Shown here: positions 13,749 through 26,640 of the stretch, one piece after another
Numbering within the stretch: position 1 is the first letter of the stretch
Layout: each line of letters begins with the position of its first letter
DNA from: Felis catus
Taxonomy: Eukaryota
Direction: 5' to 3'
Length of the DNA: 64,000 nucleotides
Assembly: GCF_018350175.1 (NCBI RefSeq)
Contig: NC_058369.1
Span: forward strand, 7,194,001-7,258,000
Notes under the pieces: generated by a model
Database searches by the model: none
Told to the model about the DNA's origin: nothing
What the model saw: the letters and a program-made list of their open reading frames with translations, nothing else
Made by a program: the position numbers and the translations under genes

Positions 13749-13831
13749 GCTTGGATATTCAACTGAAATCAAAAGATGCATTTCCTGTACAGAATGTTCC
13801 TAGAGAAAAAACTTGCAATGACATAAAGACG
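13749..13831 (+). CDS. ZNF177: ZNF177 83-nt linker exon
   Basis: TTTCAG|GCTTGGAT...AAGACG|GTAAGA, encoding GLDIQLKSKDAFPVQNVPREKTCNDIKT. Unspliced read-through hits TGA at ~13916, so the donor must be used. Confidence 0.85.
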
Positions 13832-14356
13832 GTAAGATTCACTAGGAATGATTCCTGGTCTTTTACAGGAGGAGAAGTCTGTGAATGTCATGGAGTTAAA
13901 GCACTAGCTTCCAAATGAGGAGAGACAGTGAGGCAGGTGGCATTCACTCACCATAAAGCTGTCTTGGGAAAGTATTCCTGAATCTCATAGAATTAGAGGA
14001 ATCTCTAAACTTGGCTCAACATTTGCTGTTTCACAGAGAATGCCAAAAAGTAAACATTTATTTAAATATGATTCCATTGTGAAGTATTTAATACATAATT
14101 AATTCAGTCTTTACTCATTATTGGCAAAACTCCGTATTTAGGATGTCCTTTATTAGGGATGATGGAGTCCTGGGTTGGAGCTGATACAACTTGAAAGAAT
14201 AGAGCAAAAAAAATTCACGTACATGCACTGAAAAATAGTAAAAATGTCAGTCGTAATCATGTGTTTCCTGTGTATGGCCAAATCCACTTGGAAGAGAATT
14301 CCCATGAATGTAAAGAAAGTGAGGAAATCTTTACTTACTTACTCCTTGTTCAGCAG

Positions 14357-15463
14357 GTACCAACTCAACCCAGCAAGAAACCCTTGGAATTTGATCGTTG
14401 TGGAAAATTCTTCAGAAAGAACTGTCACTTGATGTGTACAAGACATTGCAAGGGAGAGAAATGCCACAAATATAAGGATAATGGGAAAGACCTTGGCCAC
14501 CCCTCAGTTCCTAGGAGTCATGTAAGTACTCACAGTGGAGAGAAGACCTTTGAGTTTAAGGATTGTGGCAAAGCTTTCAATCAAGAGTCCTCCCTTAGGA
14601 AACACTTAAGGACTGTCACAGGAGAGAAACCTCACGAGTGTAACCAGTGTCTTTTGTCCCTCAGCATACACTCTTCCTTTCCAGTATATGACCAGATACC
14701 TACTGGAGAGAAGCTCTGTGAATGCAGTGATTATAGAGAAAGAGCTTTGCTTAGCACCCACCAAAAACTGTGTACTGTGGAGGAAAGCTCAGAACGTAAT
14801 GAGCGTGGGAAAGTGTTCGCTGGCCCCTTGTCCCTTCAGAAATGTGTGAGACCTCACACTGGAGAGAAGCCTTATGAATGCAGTGACTGTGGGAAAGCCT
14901 TCATTTTTCAGTCTTCCCTTAAAAAACATGTGAGATCTCACACTGGAGAGAAACCTTATGAGTGTAATCACTGCGGAAAGTCCTTCAGCCAGAGCTCCCA
15001 TCTTAACGTGCACAGAAGGACTCACACTGGAGAGAAACCCTATGACTGTAAGGAATGTGGCAAGGCTTTCACTGTTCCTTCATCCCTTCAGAAGCACATG
15101 AGAACCCACACCGGAGAGAAACCCTACGAATGCAGTGACTGTGGGAAGGCCTTCATTGATCAGTCATCCCTTAAGAAACATACACGATCTCACACTGGAG
15201 AGAAACCTTACGAGTGTAGTCAGTGTGGAAAATCCTTCAGCACGGGCTCTTACCTCATTGTGCACAAGAGAACTCACACTGGAGAGAAAACCTATGAGTG
15301 TAAAGAATGTGGGAAGGCCTTTAGGAATTCCTCTTGCCTGAGGGTGCATGTGAGAACTCACACAGGAGAGAAGCCCTATAAATGTACTCAGTGTGGAAAA
15401 GCATTCAGCACCAGCACTAACCTTATAATGCACAAGCGAATACACACTGGGCCGAAAGTATGA
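14357..15463 (+). CDS. ZNF177: ZNF177 zinc-finger exon: degenerate fingers followed by 7 intact C2H2 fingers; ~480 aa product (~319 aa with the alternative acceptor at 14840)
   Basis: In-frame acceptor CTTGTTCAGCAG|. Finger helices [55 protein letters not shown] and STSTNLIMH match human ZNF177 as I recall it. TGEKPY linkers. Confidence 0.92.
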   Translation, partial: VPTQPSKKPLEFDRCGKFFRKNCHLMCTRHCKGEKCHKYKDNGKDLGHPSVPRSHVSTHSGEKTFEFKDCGKAFNQESSLRKHLRTVTGEKPHECNQCLLSLSIHSSFPVYDQIPTGEKLCECSDYRERALLSTHQKLCTVEESSERNERGKVFAGPLSLQKCVRPHTGEKPYECSDCGKAFIFQSSLKKHVRSHTGEKPYECNHCGKSFSQSSHLNVHRRTHTGEKPYDCKECGKAFTVPSSLQKHMRTHTGEKPYECSDCGKAFIDQSSLKKHTRSHTGEKPYECSQCGKSFSTGSYLIVHKRTHTGEKTYECKECGKAFRNSSCLRVHVRTHTGEKPYKCTQCGKAFSTSTNLIMHKRIHTGPKV

Positions 15464-15969
15464 ATGAAATAACTACAGGAAAGTCTTTACTGATCTTTGA
15501 CACTTCATTCCTCATTGTAGAAGTCACACTGGAGAGCAGCCCTGTTGTGACCAATGTAGAAAGCCTCCAGGCACAATTCCTGACTTCCTGGGGCCAATCT
15601 TACAAATGTTATGGGTCTGTGATTGTCTTTATCAGCAAGTGTTTCATCCTGAAAGAGCAACACCATGTTAACTGTTAAGTATTAAAGGTTATAGGGTGCT
15701 CTATAGTCCCCTTAATCTACGTCACAGAAGTGTTGATAAATAATGTTTTCACCGTAATTTACTACTAAATGTTTTCCAGTCCTCATCAAGATGTCTTGGA
15801 CCTATAGTTTATTTAGAAATGTATTTTTTAATGTGAAGACTCCATGCATATGTTATTTTTGATAGATTTCTAACTTAATTGCATTATACACAAAATGCAT
15901 GGTCTTCATGACAGATTCTGTATGACATAGATTCAAACAGAAAATTGTTGGAGACTTTCTGTGTGGGCT

Positions 15970-16430
15970 AATGTGTCAGATACAATGAGTTGCTATCCCC
16001 AGATCTATCCCACCCTTCTTTTCCTAAAGTAACAAACTATATAATTGTATTCAAGTTGGCAGTGTGGACAGTTTTTTAAGGATTCATCTCCCAACTTCTT
16101 TGCCACTTTGCCCATAAGCCCATAGTTCTGGCCTGTGAGAAATAGAGGTCACTGCTTGTGGGTTCTAGAAAAGCTCATGGAAATGGGAATGTCTCATCTG
16201 GAATTTTCTCTCTACCATTTCCCCTCTATTCTATCTCTTCTTCTTTCCTAGAAGATAGACCAAGAGGATGACAGTCAGAGGCTACTGATGATATGTCAGG
16301 GATATATACAGTATTATTTATCTGTACTAACCCTGGATTGCCTATTTCTGGACTTCCTGTAACACAAGAAAAAATAAATTCCTAACTGTTTTAAACCACT
16401 CTGGAGGGAAGATTCTGTTAAAACGGATTT
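15970..16430. mobile_element. Old MaLR-type LTR (MLT1-like) remnant
   Basis: Motifs such as CATCTCCCAACTTCTTTGCC...AGTTCTGGCCTGTGAGA resemble MLT1 consensus as I recall it. Needs RepeatMasker. Confidence 0.45.
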
Positions 16431-16449
16431 CAGTTAACTAATAAATTTC

Positions 16450-16671
16450 AATTTTTCTTAAGGTGTATTTCATTTTGAGAGAGAGAGAGAGAGAGAGTGT
16501 GAGCAGGGAGGGGAAGAGAGAGAGGGAGACACATCATCTGAAGCAGGTTCCAGGCTATGAGCTGTCAGCACAGAGCCCAATGTGGGGCTTGAACCCATGA
16601 GATCATGAACTACGAGACCATGACCTGAGCCAAAGTCGGACACTTAACCAACTGAGCCACCCAGGTGCCCC
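16450..16671 (-). mobile_element. Can-SINE
   Basis: Reverse-complement SINE. TSD-like TAACTAATA(A/C)ATTTCA on both sides. Confidence 0.88.
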
Positions 16672-17642
16672 TAACTAATACATTTCATGTGTAGTCAAGT
16701 TTTATGAATCCTTTAAGTGTGGTTGGAAACACCACCTCTTCTGTAATTATTTGGTATAATTGACTGTCAGTGCATCTGTTGGATGAATCTTACTGTGTTT
16801 TTAAAATTTGTGTCATTACAAACCTTCTTTGTCCTTTATTGAGAGAGGTATGTTAAAATGTGTCACTATCACTGTGGATAGTAAGGTTGTTGTTTTTTTT
16901 AACTCTGTCTCTTTTATTTTGAGGCACTATAACTAGATGCATACAAATGTTGTCATCCTATATTTCTGGTAAATTGCCCTTTTGTTCTTCTATAGGGCCC
17001 ATCTGTCTTCCCTAATAATAAATGTTATGATTCGCTGGTATAAATGCAAACTGTAGACCTAGTCAGTAACATTTTCTCCCTACCAACTCGTAAGGACAAC
17101 CAGAAACAACTTACCTCTCCTCCATACTATGTGGTGGTGTTCCTTGCAACCTCAAGGTGGGGGGTGAGGGAGTCTCCTCATCCACTACATCCCCCGTGGG
17201 GGACAAAGAGATCAGGAGGTCCTCAGCAGCCTTCTCTGCCAAAGACAGCAGTGGCCCTCACATATGTCTCTGTTGTTCTTGCTTCGCTTCTGTCATGATG
17301 TGTTCCCCTGCCTACCTGGCGGACTATGAGGGATCTTACCGATTTTATCCATGAGGTTTCCTAAGAAACCTCAGGAGGTTTCTCAACTCAAACCAGTTTG
17401 TAAATCTGGTCAGTGTGCGTGGGCTCCCTTGAGTGCCACTGCCTATCAATATGTAAGAGCATCTTCTTGAAAGTCAAACTGTTATAAAATTGGGGATTCC
17501 CTGTGTTGCTGTCTTGGAGATAGACTCCAGTCCCTCTGAGGTTGAAAGGGACCATCTAGAAAAGGAGACCACCGCTCATAGCAAAGGGCCACTCAGGACC
17601 ATCGAGAGTTTATAGGTAAATACCTAAAGAAAAAAAAAAAGG

Positions 17643-17838
17643 AGGGACACCTGGGTGGCTTAGTCGGTTAAGCGCCGACTCAGCTCAGGTCATGATCTTG
17701 CGGTTCATGAGTTCAAGTCCCACATCAGGCTCTGTGCTGACAGCTCAGAGCCTGGAGCCTGCTTCAGATTCTGGGTGTCCCTCCCCACTCACACTCTGTC
17801 TCTCAAAAATAAATAAACATTAAAAATAAAAAAAAAAA
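17643..17838 (+). mobile_element. Can-SINE
   Basis: SINE head, AATAAA and poly-A tail. Confidence 0.85.
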
Positions 17839-19129
17839 ATGGGGAAAAATAGAGTCCAAAAGGAAAAAAAAAAAACTAGGCAGGGGTTTTATGTGGCTAC
17901 AAGCAATCCCTCCCTTCCCAAGAAAGGCAACTTTAAATCTTATGTACTAACTGTCAGGTCTAGCAAACATAATGTTAGTCTTCAACTGCTTATGGATTTA
18001 AAAACAGTAATGGGCACCTGGGTGGCCCATTTGGTTAAGTGTCCGACTTCAGCTCAGGTCATGGTCTCAAGGTACGTGGGTTCAAGCCACATCAGGCTCA
18101 GCCTGATTCAGACCTTTTATCTACTGTGGGTGGTTGTATAGGTCTGTTTTAAAATTTATCATTGTATCATGATCTTTTCTTGGCGGGCATGATGTATCCT
18201 TGCCCTGATGGCTAGACCAGTCTAGTTGCTGCGCCTTCCAGGTTGCATCCTGCCCCAAAGCGGGCCTACACAATTCACACTTTGTCTTCTACCACCTGAA
18301 TGCTCTTACTTGACTGGCATGATCGGACATTGCTAACACAGGGACTACATCACCATTGAAAGTGCTCATGGAGTCCATCTACACTGTTCACACTGGCCAG
18401 GGTAGGGGATGTAAACCGTGTCTGTCAGTTTTGGAAGGATGACCTTGTGTCCCTCTCTCACCTGATCCTATCCCATGAAATCTCAGGATGAAGCATAGGA
18501 CGAGTGGCGAAAAGGTGAGATTACACCTAGTGATGTGAGACACCATGAACACATGCCCTGGGAACACCGCCCTACCAACTGGGGAGGCCCATACACTCTT
18601 CTATTCAAGCTGTGCAGCAGGAGGGGGAGAATAATGAATGTGCTCTTCCGCCCCTTTATCCAGTACCACAATCTGGCAAAGCAACCATATCATCTATGTA
18701 GCTCAAGCAACAGGTGTCGCAGCGGGGGTCTGACTCTGCTTGTCATTCTATCCGTGTGCTGTGAAAACAGAAAAATGGTGTGAATATAGCTGGTCTTGAC
18801 AATCTCCTGTGCTTGATGCCATCCCTGACAGTTCCTAAGTGTGAACGTTGGGTGTGGAAAGGGACAGACACAAATTCATTTCAGCCTTAGTGATAGAAAT
18901 TCATACAACTCTGATCCCCAGCAACACTGGGTTACATCATGGGTGGCCATCAGGGCTGCAGCTGCTTGGTGACACTTTTCTTGAGGCTTAATCAGACCAT
19001 TGTAATGATCATCCAAATCAAGCTTCACAGTCAATCCTGAATGGGAATTACCTGTGTACCTTTCTCTCTTGCCCTCCATCACTTTTATACCTGGGAAGAA
19101 GGCAAGTCCCTCAACACTCTCCCTAGGCA

Positions 19130-19500
19130 ATTTGCTAAATGTACCTTTGCAGTGAAGAAACTTGAACGATGAGATCATCTCTCCCATTGAGACAAAGAGC
19201 AGGCTTGCTTACTGCTTCAAATAAGCTAGATTCTACAAGCTCAGTATTCCTTTCCTTTAGCAACCAGGGCGTACGGAAACATCCATGTAGGCCCTCTGTA
19301 ACCCTAGACAGACGTGGGGACAAAGGGAGCCAATTCAGACATGCTGATGCTTGTGCTGCTGGCTAGACCATGATTGAGTTAACGGCCTTTGTCTCTGACG
19401 TCAATGTCTCAGCTTCTCTGCCAACATCAATGAGATAGTGACAGGCTAACTGAAGGCCTTGGAAGAAAGGAGTAATATCACACGTTCAAGAATTTTGGCA
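19130..19500 (+). mobile_element. ERVL-class LTR remnant (MER76-like)
   Basis: GCAGGCTTGCTTACTGCTT...AAGCTCAG...ATGCTGATGCT...CCTTTGTCTCTGAC...ACAGGCTAAC resembles an ERVL LTR consensus as I recall it. Family name is uncertain. Confidence 0.5.
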
Positions 19501-19934
19501 TTGGGGATGACATGTTAATATAGTCATGGCTTTTCAGGGAGGGAGAACAATGGTGGCCAGGCTGTGCGTGAAGACATGAGTGTCTGCAAGGCAGTCATGA
19601 AATTTCTGCCTCGAGAGGTTTCCTCATGATATGGGTGAGAAGAGGGACTTGGAGCCATATGCTCCTACCTATTCACAGAAGTTGTTTAAGTGCTATAGTG
19701 CAGTTACATCAGCTTGCTTCTCCTCAACTTGTTAATCTTCCTCTAGCCTTTTTTTTATTAGTCTCCTTTTATGCATACTATATGTAGAGTTCTGTTTTAA
19801 ATCACACTTTAAATCCTTTTCTTTCATTTGGAACATTAGTCCATAATATCATGTAGTTACTAGTAAATAAAGGACTTAGGTCTAGCATCTCATTTTTTTC
19901 AGTATTTATCTCTCCCTAATTTTAAAACCAGATG

Positions 19935-21639
19935 GGGCGCCTGGGTGGCTCGGTCGGTTAGGCGTCCGACTTCGGCTCAGGTCATGATCTCGCGGTCCGT
20001 GAATTCGAGCCCCGTGTCTCTGTGCTGACAGCTCGGAGCCTGGAGCCTGTTTGAGATTCTGTGTCTCCCTCTCTCTGACCCTCCCCTGTTCATGCTCTGT
20101 CTCTGTCTCAAAAATAAATAAACGTTAAAAAAAAAATTAAAAATAAATAAAAATAAAACCAGTGTATTGCCCCTATTCCATCAACCTTGTATTTAGGCCT
20201 TTATTTCCCCTTCTTTCGTTTTATTTAACATTGGACACAATGGTCAACTCGAATCATGGATTCCTTGTGCTTTCAATGTAATGACATTTTATAAATCTTT
20301 CATATTTTTGTTCACATACCTATTTTTGTACTTGTTTTGTGAAGAAGTACTGACACTGGGCATTCTTCCCTTATTCAGGAATGGTTCTAAAGTTACTCCA
20401 TTAATCATGTTTGCATTGATTTTGAGTAGATTGTCTTTGTAGAGTTAATAAAAATCTTCTAAAACACTGATTTAGTTACACATGTCCATTTTTAAACATA
20501 ACTGCATCAACTGAATTATCTATTTTGTTATGTTAGAGATTCACATTTAACGGCACAAAACATTGAATTTTTATGTGGGCAAAGAGCATTTTTGAGAATA
20601 TCTGGCTTTACTATCTTGCCTTTAAAATCTATTCAAACTTGGTTATATACAGATTTTATTATTTTCATCTTAAATGTATTGTTTAAAACCATTGAACTCT
20701 ATTTTTAAAAAATGTATTTGTGGGGCGCCTGGGTGGCGCAGTCGGTTAAGTGTCCGACTTCAGCCAGGTCACGATCTCGCGGTCCGAGAGTTCGAGCCCC
20801 GCGTCGGGCTCTGGGCTGATGGCTCGGAGCCTGGAGCCTGTTTCCGATTCTGTGTCTCCCTCTCTCTCTGCCCCTCCCCTGTTCATGCTCTGTCTCTCTC
20901 TGTCCCAAAAATAAATAAACGTTGAAAAAAAAAATTTTTTTTTAAAAAAATGTATTTGAGAGCGTGCAAGTGGGGCAGCGGCAGAAAGGGGGGGAGAGAA
21001 TCAAGCAGGCTCTGTGTTTTCGGTGCTGAGCCCTGTGTGGGGTCTCAGTTTCATGAACTGTGAGATCATGATCTGAGATGAAATCAAGAGATGATTAAGT
21101 CACCCAGGTGCCCGAAAAACATTGAACTCTTTAATCCCAACTCTTTAGGAATATAGTTTAACACGTGGGGTGTGGGACTGGATCCAGTCACTTCTCCCCC
21201 AGAAACAATGGACAAATGATACAGTACCACTTATAAACTGTTCTTGACCTGCTTCAAATTCAAATTTTTTGAATTTGAAATACCAACTTTATTAAACAAG
21301 AAATTCCTATTTTAGGCTCTAGATACTTCTGTGCTAATAATATATTTGCTTCTGCTAATATACTGTTTTGACAGTATGTATGTGTTTTGATGCAGTTCTA
21401 TTATAAGAGAGATTTTTTTTTTATTTTTATTTTTTCAACGTTTATTTATTTTTGGGGACAGAGAGAGACAGAGCATGAACGGGGGAGGGGCAGAGAGAGA
21501 AGGAGACACAGAATCGGAAACAGGCTCCAGGCTCTGAGCCATCAGCCCAGAGCCTGACGCGGGGCTCGAACTCCCGGACCGCGAGATCGTGACCTGGCTG
21601 AAGTCGGACGCTTAACCGACTGCGCCACCCAGGCGCCCC
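19935..21639. mobile_element. Young felid SINEs at 19935-20157 (+), 20722-20950 (+) and 21413-21639 (-), plus an older minus-strand SINE at ~20955-21113
   Basis: CpG-rich bodies with TSDs AAAACCAG, AAAAAATGTATTTG and ATGCAGTTCTATTATAA (21390-21406 and 21641-21657). Confidence 0.9.
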
Positions 21640-21789
21640 AATGCAGTTCTATTATAAATGTGTTAATATTTAGTGGCAAATATATAAAGGTTGGTAAAAT
21701 TTGCTGCATTTACTGTTATGATGCTCAGCTTGGGGTACTTCCTGTGGTGGTATTACCTAATTCCTGTCATCATTGCCTTTTTGCATTTT

Positions 21790-22790
21790 ATCTGCACATT
21801 TGAGTAATCACTCTTCCAGTCTTTACAGGGTCACATCAGGACAGATAGTCCTTCACCTGTCAGCTCAGTTTAGGCTATTTAATGGTCTGCTGGTCTTGCC
21901 TGCAGGCAACTGTATAGTTCAGAGCATATAGACTGCTTTCATAGATAAAACTGTCTTGTGATAGGTCCCCGGACAGATGGTTTTGCCTGTAGAATCATAG
22001 TCAAATGGGTTTGAGACCAGGTCACATGGCTGCTGTTGGGTCTGTACTGGAGTCTGTGGTACACAATCCTGTTACCAGGTGAATCGACCCTGTCTGGTCC
22101 CTGGCCAGGAAAGGACGTCACTTCAAGACCTTGGCCAGTACGGCTGACACTAAGACAAGGGATCTCTTCAGGGTTCACATATGGCAGGGCTATTTTTCCA
22201 GGTGGAAATGTATGGCTCTCTCGCTAAACATGCATTAATGGCCCCACAACGCAACTGAGAGAGGCTGTAGCCATGTCACAAAGCTGCCTTAGGGTCCATA
22301 TCCATGACCAAGTTCTGCAGGCCTCCCTCAGTGGGCACTGATGGATGAAGTCTCCACCCAGGTCCCTAGGTGAGGATGATTCCTTCTAGATCACGGCCAG
22401 AGTGTCTGGAGCTGGGTTATGGGCTGCTTCAATATCTGCAGTCAGCAGGCCTGTTACTGGAGGCATGGGTGGACGTGACTCTTACTGGAGCCTGAGGGAT
22501 AATGCTGCTGTCAAGGCCATATGGGGCGGTAGCTAAATCCACATAGGAACATGGCTTTTTCTGGGTCTAATTGGGACCACAGTCAACAATCCTGCCACCA
22601 AGGCCTAGGCTGCCTTCTCAAAATGGCCCTCCTTGTTCTTGGGCTCTACTGAGGTTTTACAGTCTCTTACATGGATCCCAAAATCCAACAAAGGCACTTT
22701 TGTTCATGGAAGCCTGCCGAATTATTGTTCCTATCAGAGAATACAAGTGGAGAACTACCTCATATTCTGCTGTCTGGCTGATTTCACTGT
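21790..22790 (-). mobile_element. Ancient L1 5'-end fragment (paralogous copy at ~44990-46370)
   Basis: ACAAAGGCACTTTTGTTCATGGAAG...AATTATTGTT...TATTCTGC(C)ATCTTG is the antisense of an old L1M 5' end. Present in both duplication units. Confidence 0.55.
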
Positions 22791-23194
22791 AATTACAACG
22801 TACTCAACTTAAGGAAATCTACTTACATTAATTTAGCACGTAAATCTATCAAAGCAAAAGCTGGCAAGTCCAGTAGTATTCAAAATGTGATTACTGAAGT
22901 TTCATAGCCCTTGCTGAATATAGTGTTGTATGTATGTCTGTGTTTTAGGGGGTGGGAGGGAAGTAGGCTCTTAACCTACAGAAGTATGTACTTGATTATA
23001 CTGCCACCAGTGTAGACTGACGAACACCAGACCAATACAACTGAACTCTTGAGGTACTGTCACCAGTGAGGTGTTCCTTAGGCACCTCAACTCACCATTT
23101 CCAAAATTACTCATGTTTTATCCTCCAACAACACGTCGTTCTTCCTGTTATTCTCATCACTCTGAAAGCTAACACCATGGAATTGATTTCCTCC

Positions 23195-23365
23195 AGTGGT
23201 TCTCGGCTGATTTTGCCCCCTATGTGACAACTGGCAATTCCTTGAGACATTTCTAGTTACAACTCCGTGCTGGCACCTAATGGGTGGATAAGAGGGAGCA
23301 CTTAAAAAACTACAACACACAGGAAAACCCCTTAACAACAAATTATCAAATAGACCACAATATTG
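23195..23365. mobile_element. MER20-like hAT DNA transposon remnant (paralog at ~46770-46945)
   Basis: CAGTGGTTCTC...GATTTTGCCCCC...GAGACATTT...ACAACAAATTATC resembles MER20. Confidence 0.55.
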
Positions 23366-25059
23366 TGATTTCAGTATCCCAATACAAACTGCTGACTAAA
23401 ACACTCAACAATTCAGTATTCTCTTACAAGGGAATTAAAGATATTATCTGAAAGGAGTCTCATGGTCTTTCTCCATTACTTTGTGCCATTTCACTTTCTT
23501 TGTTATTGTGGTTAAATAGGCATAACATAAAGTTTAACATTTAAATACTTTCTGGGGTACAGTTCTATTGATTTGGCATGAAGCATATTGATTTTGTGCA
23601 ACCATTATCACTCTCCATTCCCAAACATTTTCATATTCCCAAATTGAAACTCTACCCACTAAATGCTCATTTTTCATTCCTCTCTCCCTCCATTCATTGC
23701 CAGTCATACACTGATAAAAGTAGTTTGTATCTGAGGTCTTCAGGTGTATCTTAAGACCACAGTGATGGAAAATGAAGGTGTGGGGCGCAGGGGTGGTTTG
23801 GTTGTTAAGCATCCAACTCTTCATTTCGACTCAGGTCATGATCTCACGACTCATGAATTTGAGCACCCCACATTGAGCTCCGCACTAACAGTGCAGATCC
23901 TGCTTGGAATTCTCAATCTCTCCCCCTCTCTCTCTCTCTGCCCCTCCCCCCTCACACATGCACAAGCTCTCGCTCTCAAAGATAAAAAAAAAAAAAAGAA
24001 AGTGTAGGTGTGATAAAACAAGGACAATAAAAGGGAATGAAAAAAGGAGGCTAGAAGGGAAAGAGTGAGGCAATATCTCAGACTTATCCTATGCAACATA
24101 TACTACATAGAAACCCAAACACCTCAGCAAACTACCATTTAAATCTAGATTCCTACACTGAAAGTTTCAAATCATGTCACTGTTTCCAGGAAAAGTATGA
24201 TAATCTATTAGGAGAGTGTCACATTTCCAGGATAAAGGCCATTCCAATTAGGATCTTTAAAAAACGGGGTAAATCAGAAAATACCTCTAAGAAATGTCAG
24301 GATTACATAAAATTATACGTGTAAAACAACAGTCTTGATATGAAAAGCATGTTATTTGACTATAATAAACTTTCCCTTGCATCATTTTAAGGGGAAAAGG
24401 TGAAGGATCGATCAACGGCTGACAGAATTTTTTTAAGATTTATTTTTTATGTGATCTCCACACCCAACTGGGGCTTGAACTTAAAACCCTCAGATCAAGA
24501 GTCGCATGCACCACTGACTGAACCAGTCAGGTGCCCCAAGAGAGGATGATTTTTGAGGAAACCATGCTAGTGCTTGATGTCTGTGCTTCACATCTAATGT
24601 TAGAGATCTAAGGAATGGCTATACAAAATTGGACCAAGCACAGAATTTTAGTGCTACAAATAGGGACGAAAAGGAACAAAGGAATTACTGAAAAGGTTAT
24701 TGAGGAAAAACAAATGCAGTGACAACTATAAGCAAATCATAGCTGCTTTGGAAACAGAGGAAATGTATCTTTTCAGAGGAAAAAATAACCAGAAGATTTA
24801 AATTCTTAATTGCATTTGATCCCTTGGTGTCCTCTTGGTTCAAAGGCCAGTAGCCCATCACAGACAGGGGCTCCTTGGCTGAGAAACCTACCAAGCGCCC
24901 CAATCACATCACTCTTCCTCAGGCTGTACATGAAGAGGGTTCAGCATGGAAGTGAACACACTACATTACTGAGGCAATTCAGCTTCTATAGGAAGAATGG
25001 ATCGACCAGAACTGAGGTCAAACACAAGCCTTCTCCCACAGGAAAAGGAGAAAACACAG

Positions 25060-26640
25060 GTAGCATTAGGAAGTCAATAAAAACTAGAGAAGAATAGACG
25101 GGAGGAAAAAACACAAACTATCAATGGAACAAAAAATCTTTTGAAAAGATCAGTGTAATCAACATTTACATAGTAAGAGAAAAAGAAAAAAAGACTTAAA
25201 TTACTAAAACCAGAAATGAAAGTGGGGGCATTACTGTGATTCTACAGGGGGGAAAAGGGATTGGGAGAGACTGTATGCCAATAAATTTGATAATCTAGAT
25301 GAAATGGAAAAATTCCTAAAATCACAAAACGTACCAATACTAAATGACAAAATAGAAAAAGAATAAAGGGAAAAAAGAATTCTGTTACAAACCTATAATG
25401 AGCAAGGAGATTGAACCTGTAATAAAGAATCTCACAACAAAGAAAATCCCTAGATGACTACACCCAAATGAAAGCTATTGATCAGCAAAGGAAACAAACA
25501 AAAAAACACAACATAGTGAATGGGAGAAGATAATTGCAAAGGACATATCTGTTAATAGACTAATACCCAAATACACAAAGAAAATACACAATTAGGGGCC
25601 CCTAGCTGACTCACTCAGTGGAAATTACAACTCTTGATCTCAGGGTTGTGAGTTCAAGTCCGATGTGGGGTGTAGAGATTACTTAAAAATAAAATCCTTA
25701 AACAAAAGAAAAAAAAAAAAAAGAAATCACAAACATCAAAAAAATCCAATTAAAGAATAAGCAGAGGACCCCAACTGTACATTTTTCCAAAAAAGGCAGA
25801 TGGCCAACACAGGAAAAGATGATCAACACCACTGATTTTCAGAGAAATGTAGACCAAAAAAATACAAATATTTTTTTTTGAAGATTAGAATACACTAAAT
25901 GTCTTTGCATGCAAATATAGGGGGAGACCTTGCTTATGGGTTGAAAGTCCAGTGCACAAAATATTCTAATTCTAATCTGCAAAAATGATTTAGAGACTCA
26001 TAAAGTAAGTATATGCACTTACTAAAGAATAGGCCAATTTTCATTAAAAATTTCAGGGTTGGCTGGCTTGCTCAGTGGGTAGAGCATTCAACTCACTCTC
26101 AGGGTCTTGAGTTTGAGCCCTAGTTTGGCACAGAGATTACTTAAGGAAAAAAAAAAAAGTTTCGAGCAATGACAAAGACTACTACACCCCATTATTACCC
26201 AAAAATAAATACCAAAAGACGTCTCAAATTGCCAGTAAATAAAATAATTCAGGCTAAACACAGAATTCATTATATCCAAATTGAGTCTTTTCTATCATTA
26301 CAAGATTGGTTCAACATTGGAAAATCAATTAATCATACTTAGAAACACACAAATATATGGAAATCTAAGCAATGACAGAAGTGGCACTATAGAGACAAAA
26401 AGAAAGATTATCTTTTCAATAAATGGTCCAGGTAATTTTGATATCTAAGCAAGAGAAACAATCAGACACAGAGTCATACCATACATTAAAGTACTTCAGA
26501 TGGGTTACATAAATACAAAAATATGAGATCGCAGAATATATATAAACAAGGTACAACAAAATATCTGGATACATGAGAAAATTATAAATCTGACTCACAA
26601 AACTAAGAACTTTTCATTAAGAAAACATGAAAAATAAACA
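25060..26640 (+). mobile_element. A-rich old L1 ORF2 fragments with short SINEs; no counterpart in unit B
   Basis: L1-type motifs GATAATCTAGATGAAATGGAAAAATTCCTA and GAATGGGAGAAGATAATTGCAAA. Confidence 0.7.

Noticed and set aside
14261..14356. ORF-track start of the 400-aa ZNF ORF (likewise 29578 and 51614)
   Set aside because: These are internal points of spliced genes. The real N-termini come from the upstream KRAB exons.
14789..15445. Antisense ORFs over the finger arrays (also 50118-51686 and 29333-29596)
   Set aside because: Typical shadow frames of repetitive C2H2 codons, with no independent support.
18535..18990. Possible retroviral env transmembrane relic (AGLDNLL, GWPSGLQLL) in the shared 3' block
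   Set aside because: The resemblance is weak, spread over several frames and not reproduced in the two other copies.
19935..20200. SINE-SINE recombination as the cause of the 22 kb duplication
   Set aside because: The SINEs near the two unit starts (19935 plus, ~42365 minus) are in opposite orientation, and the first is young with its own TSD, so it postdates the duplication.
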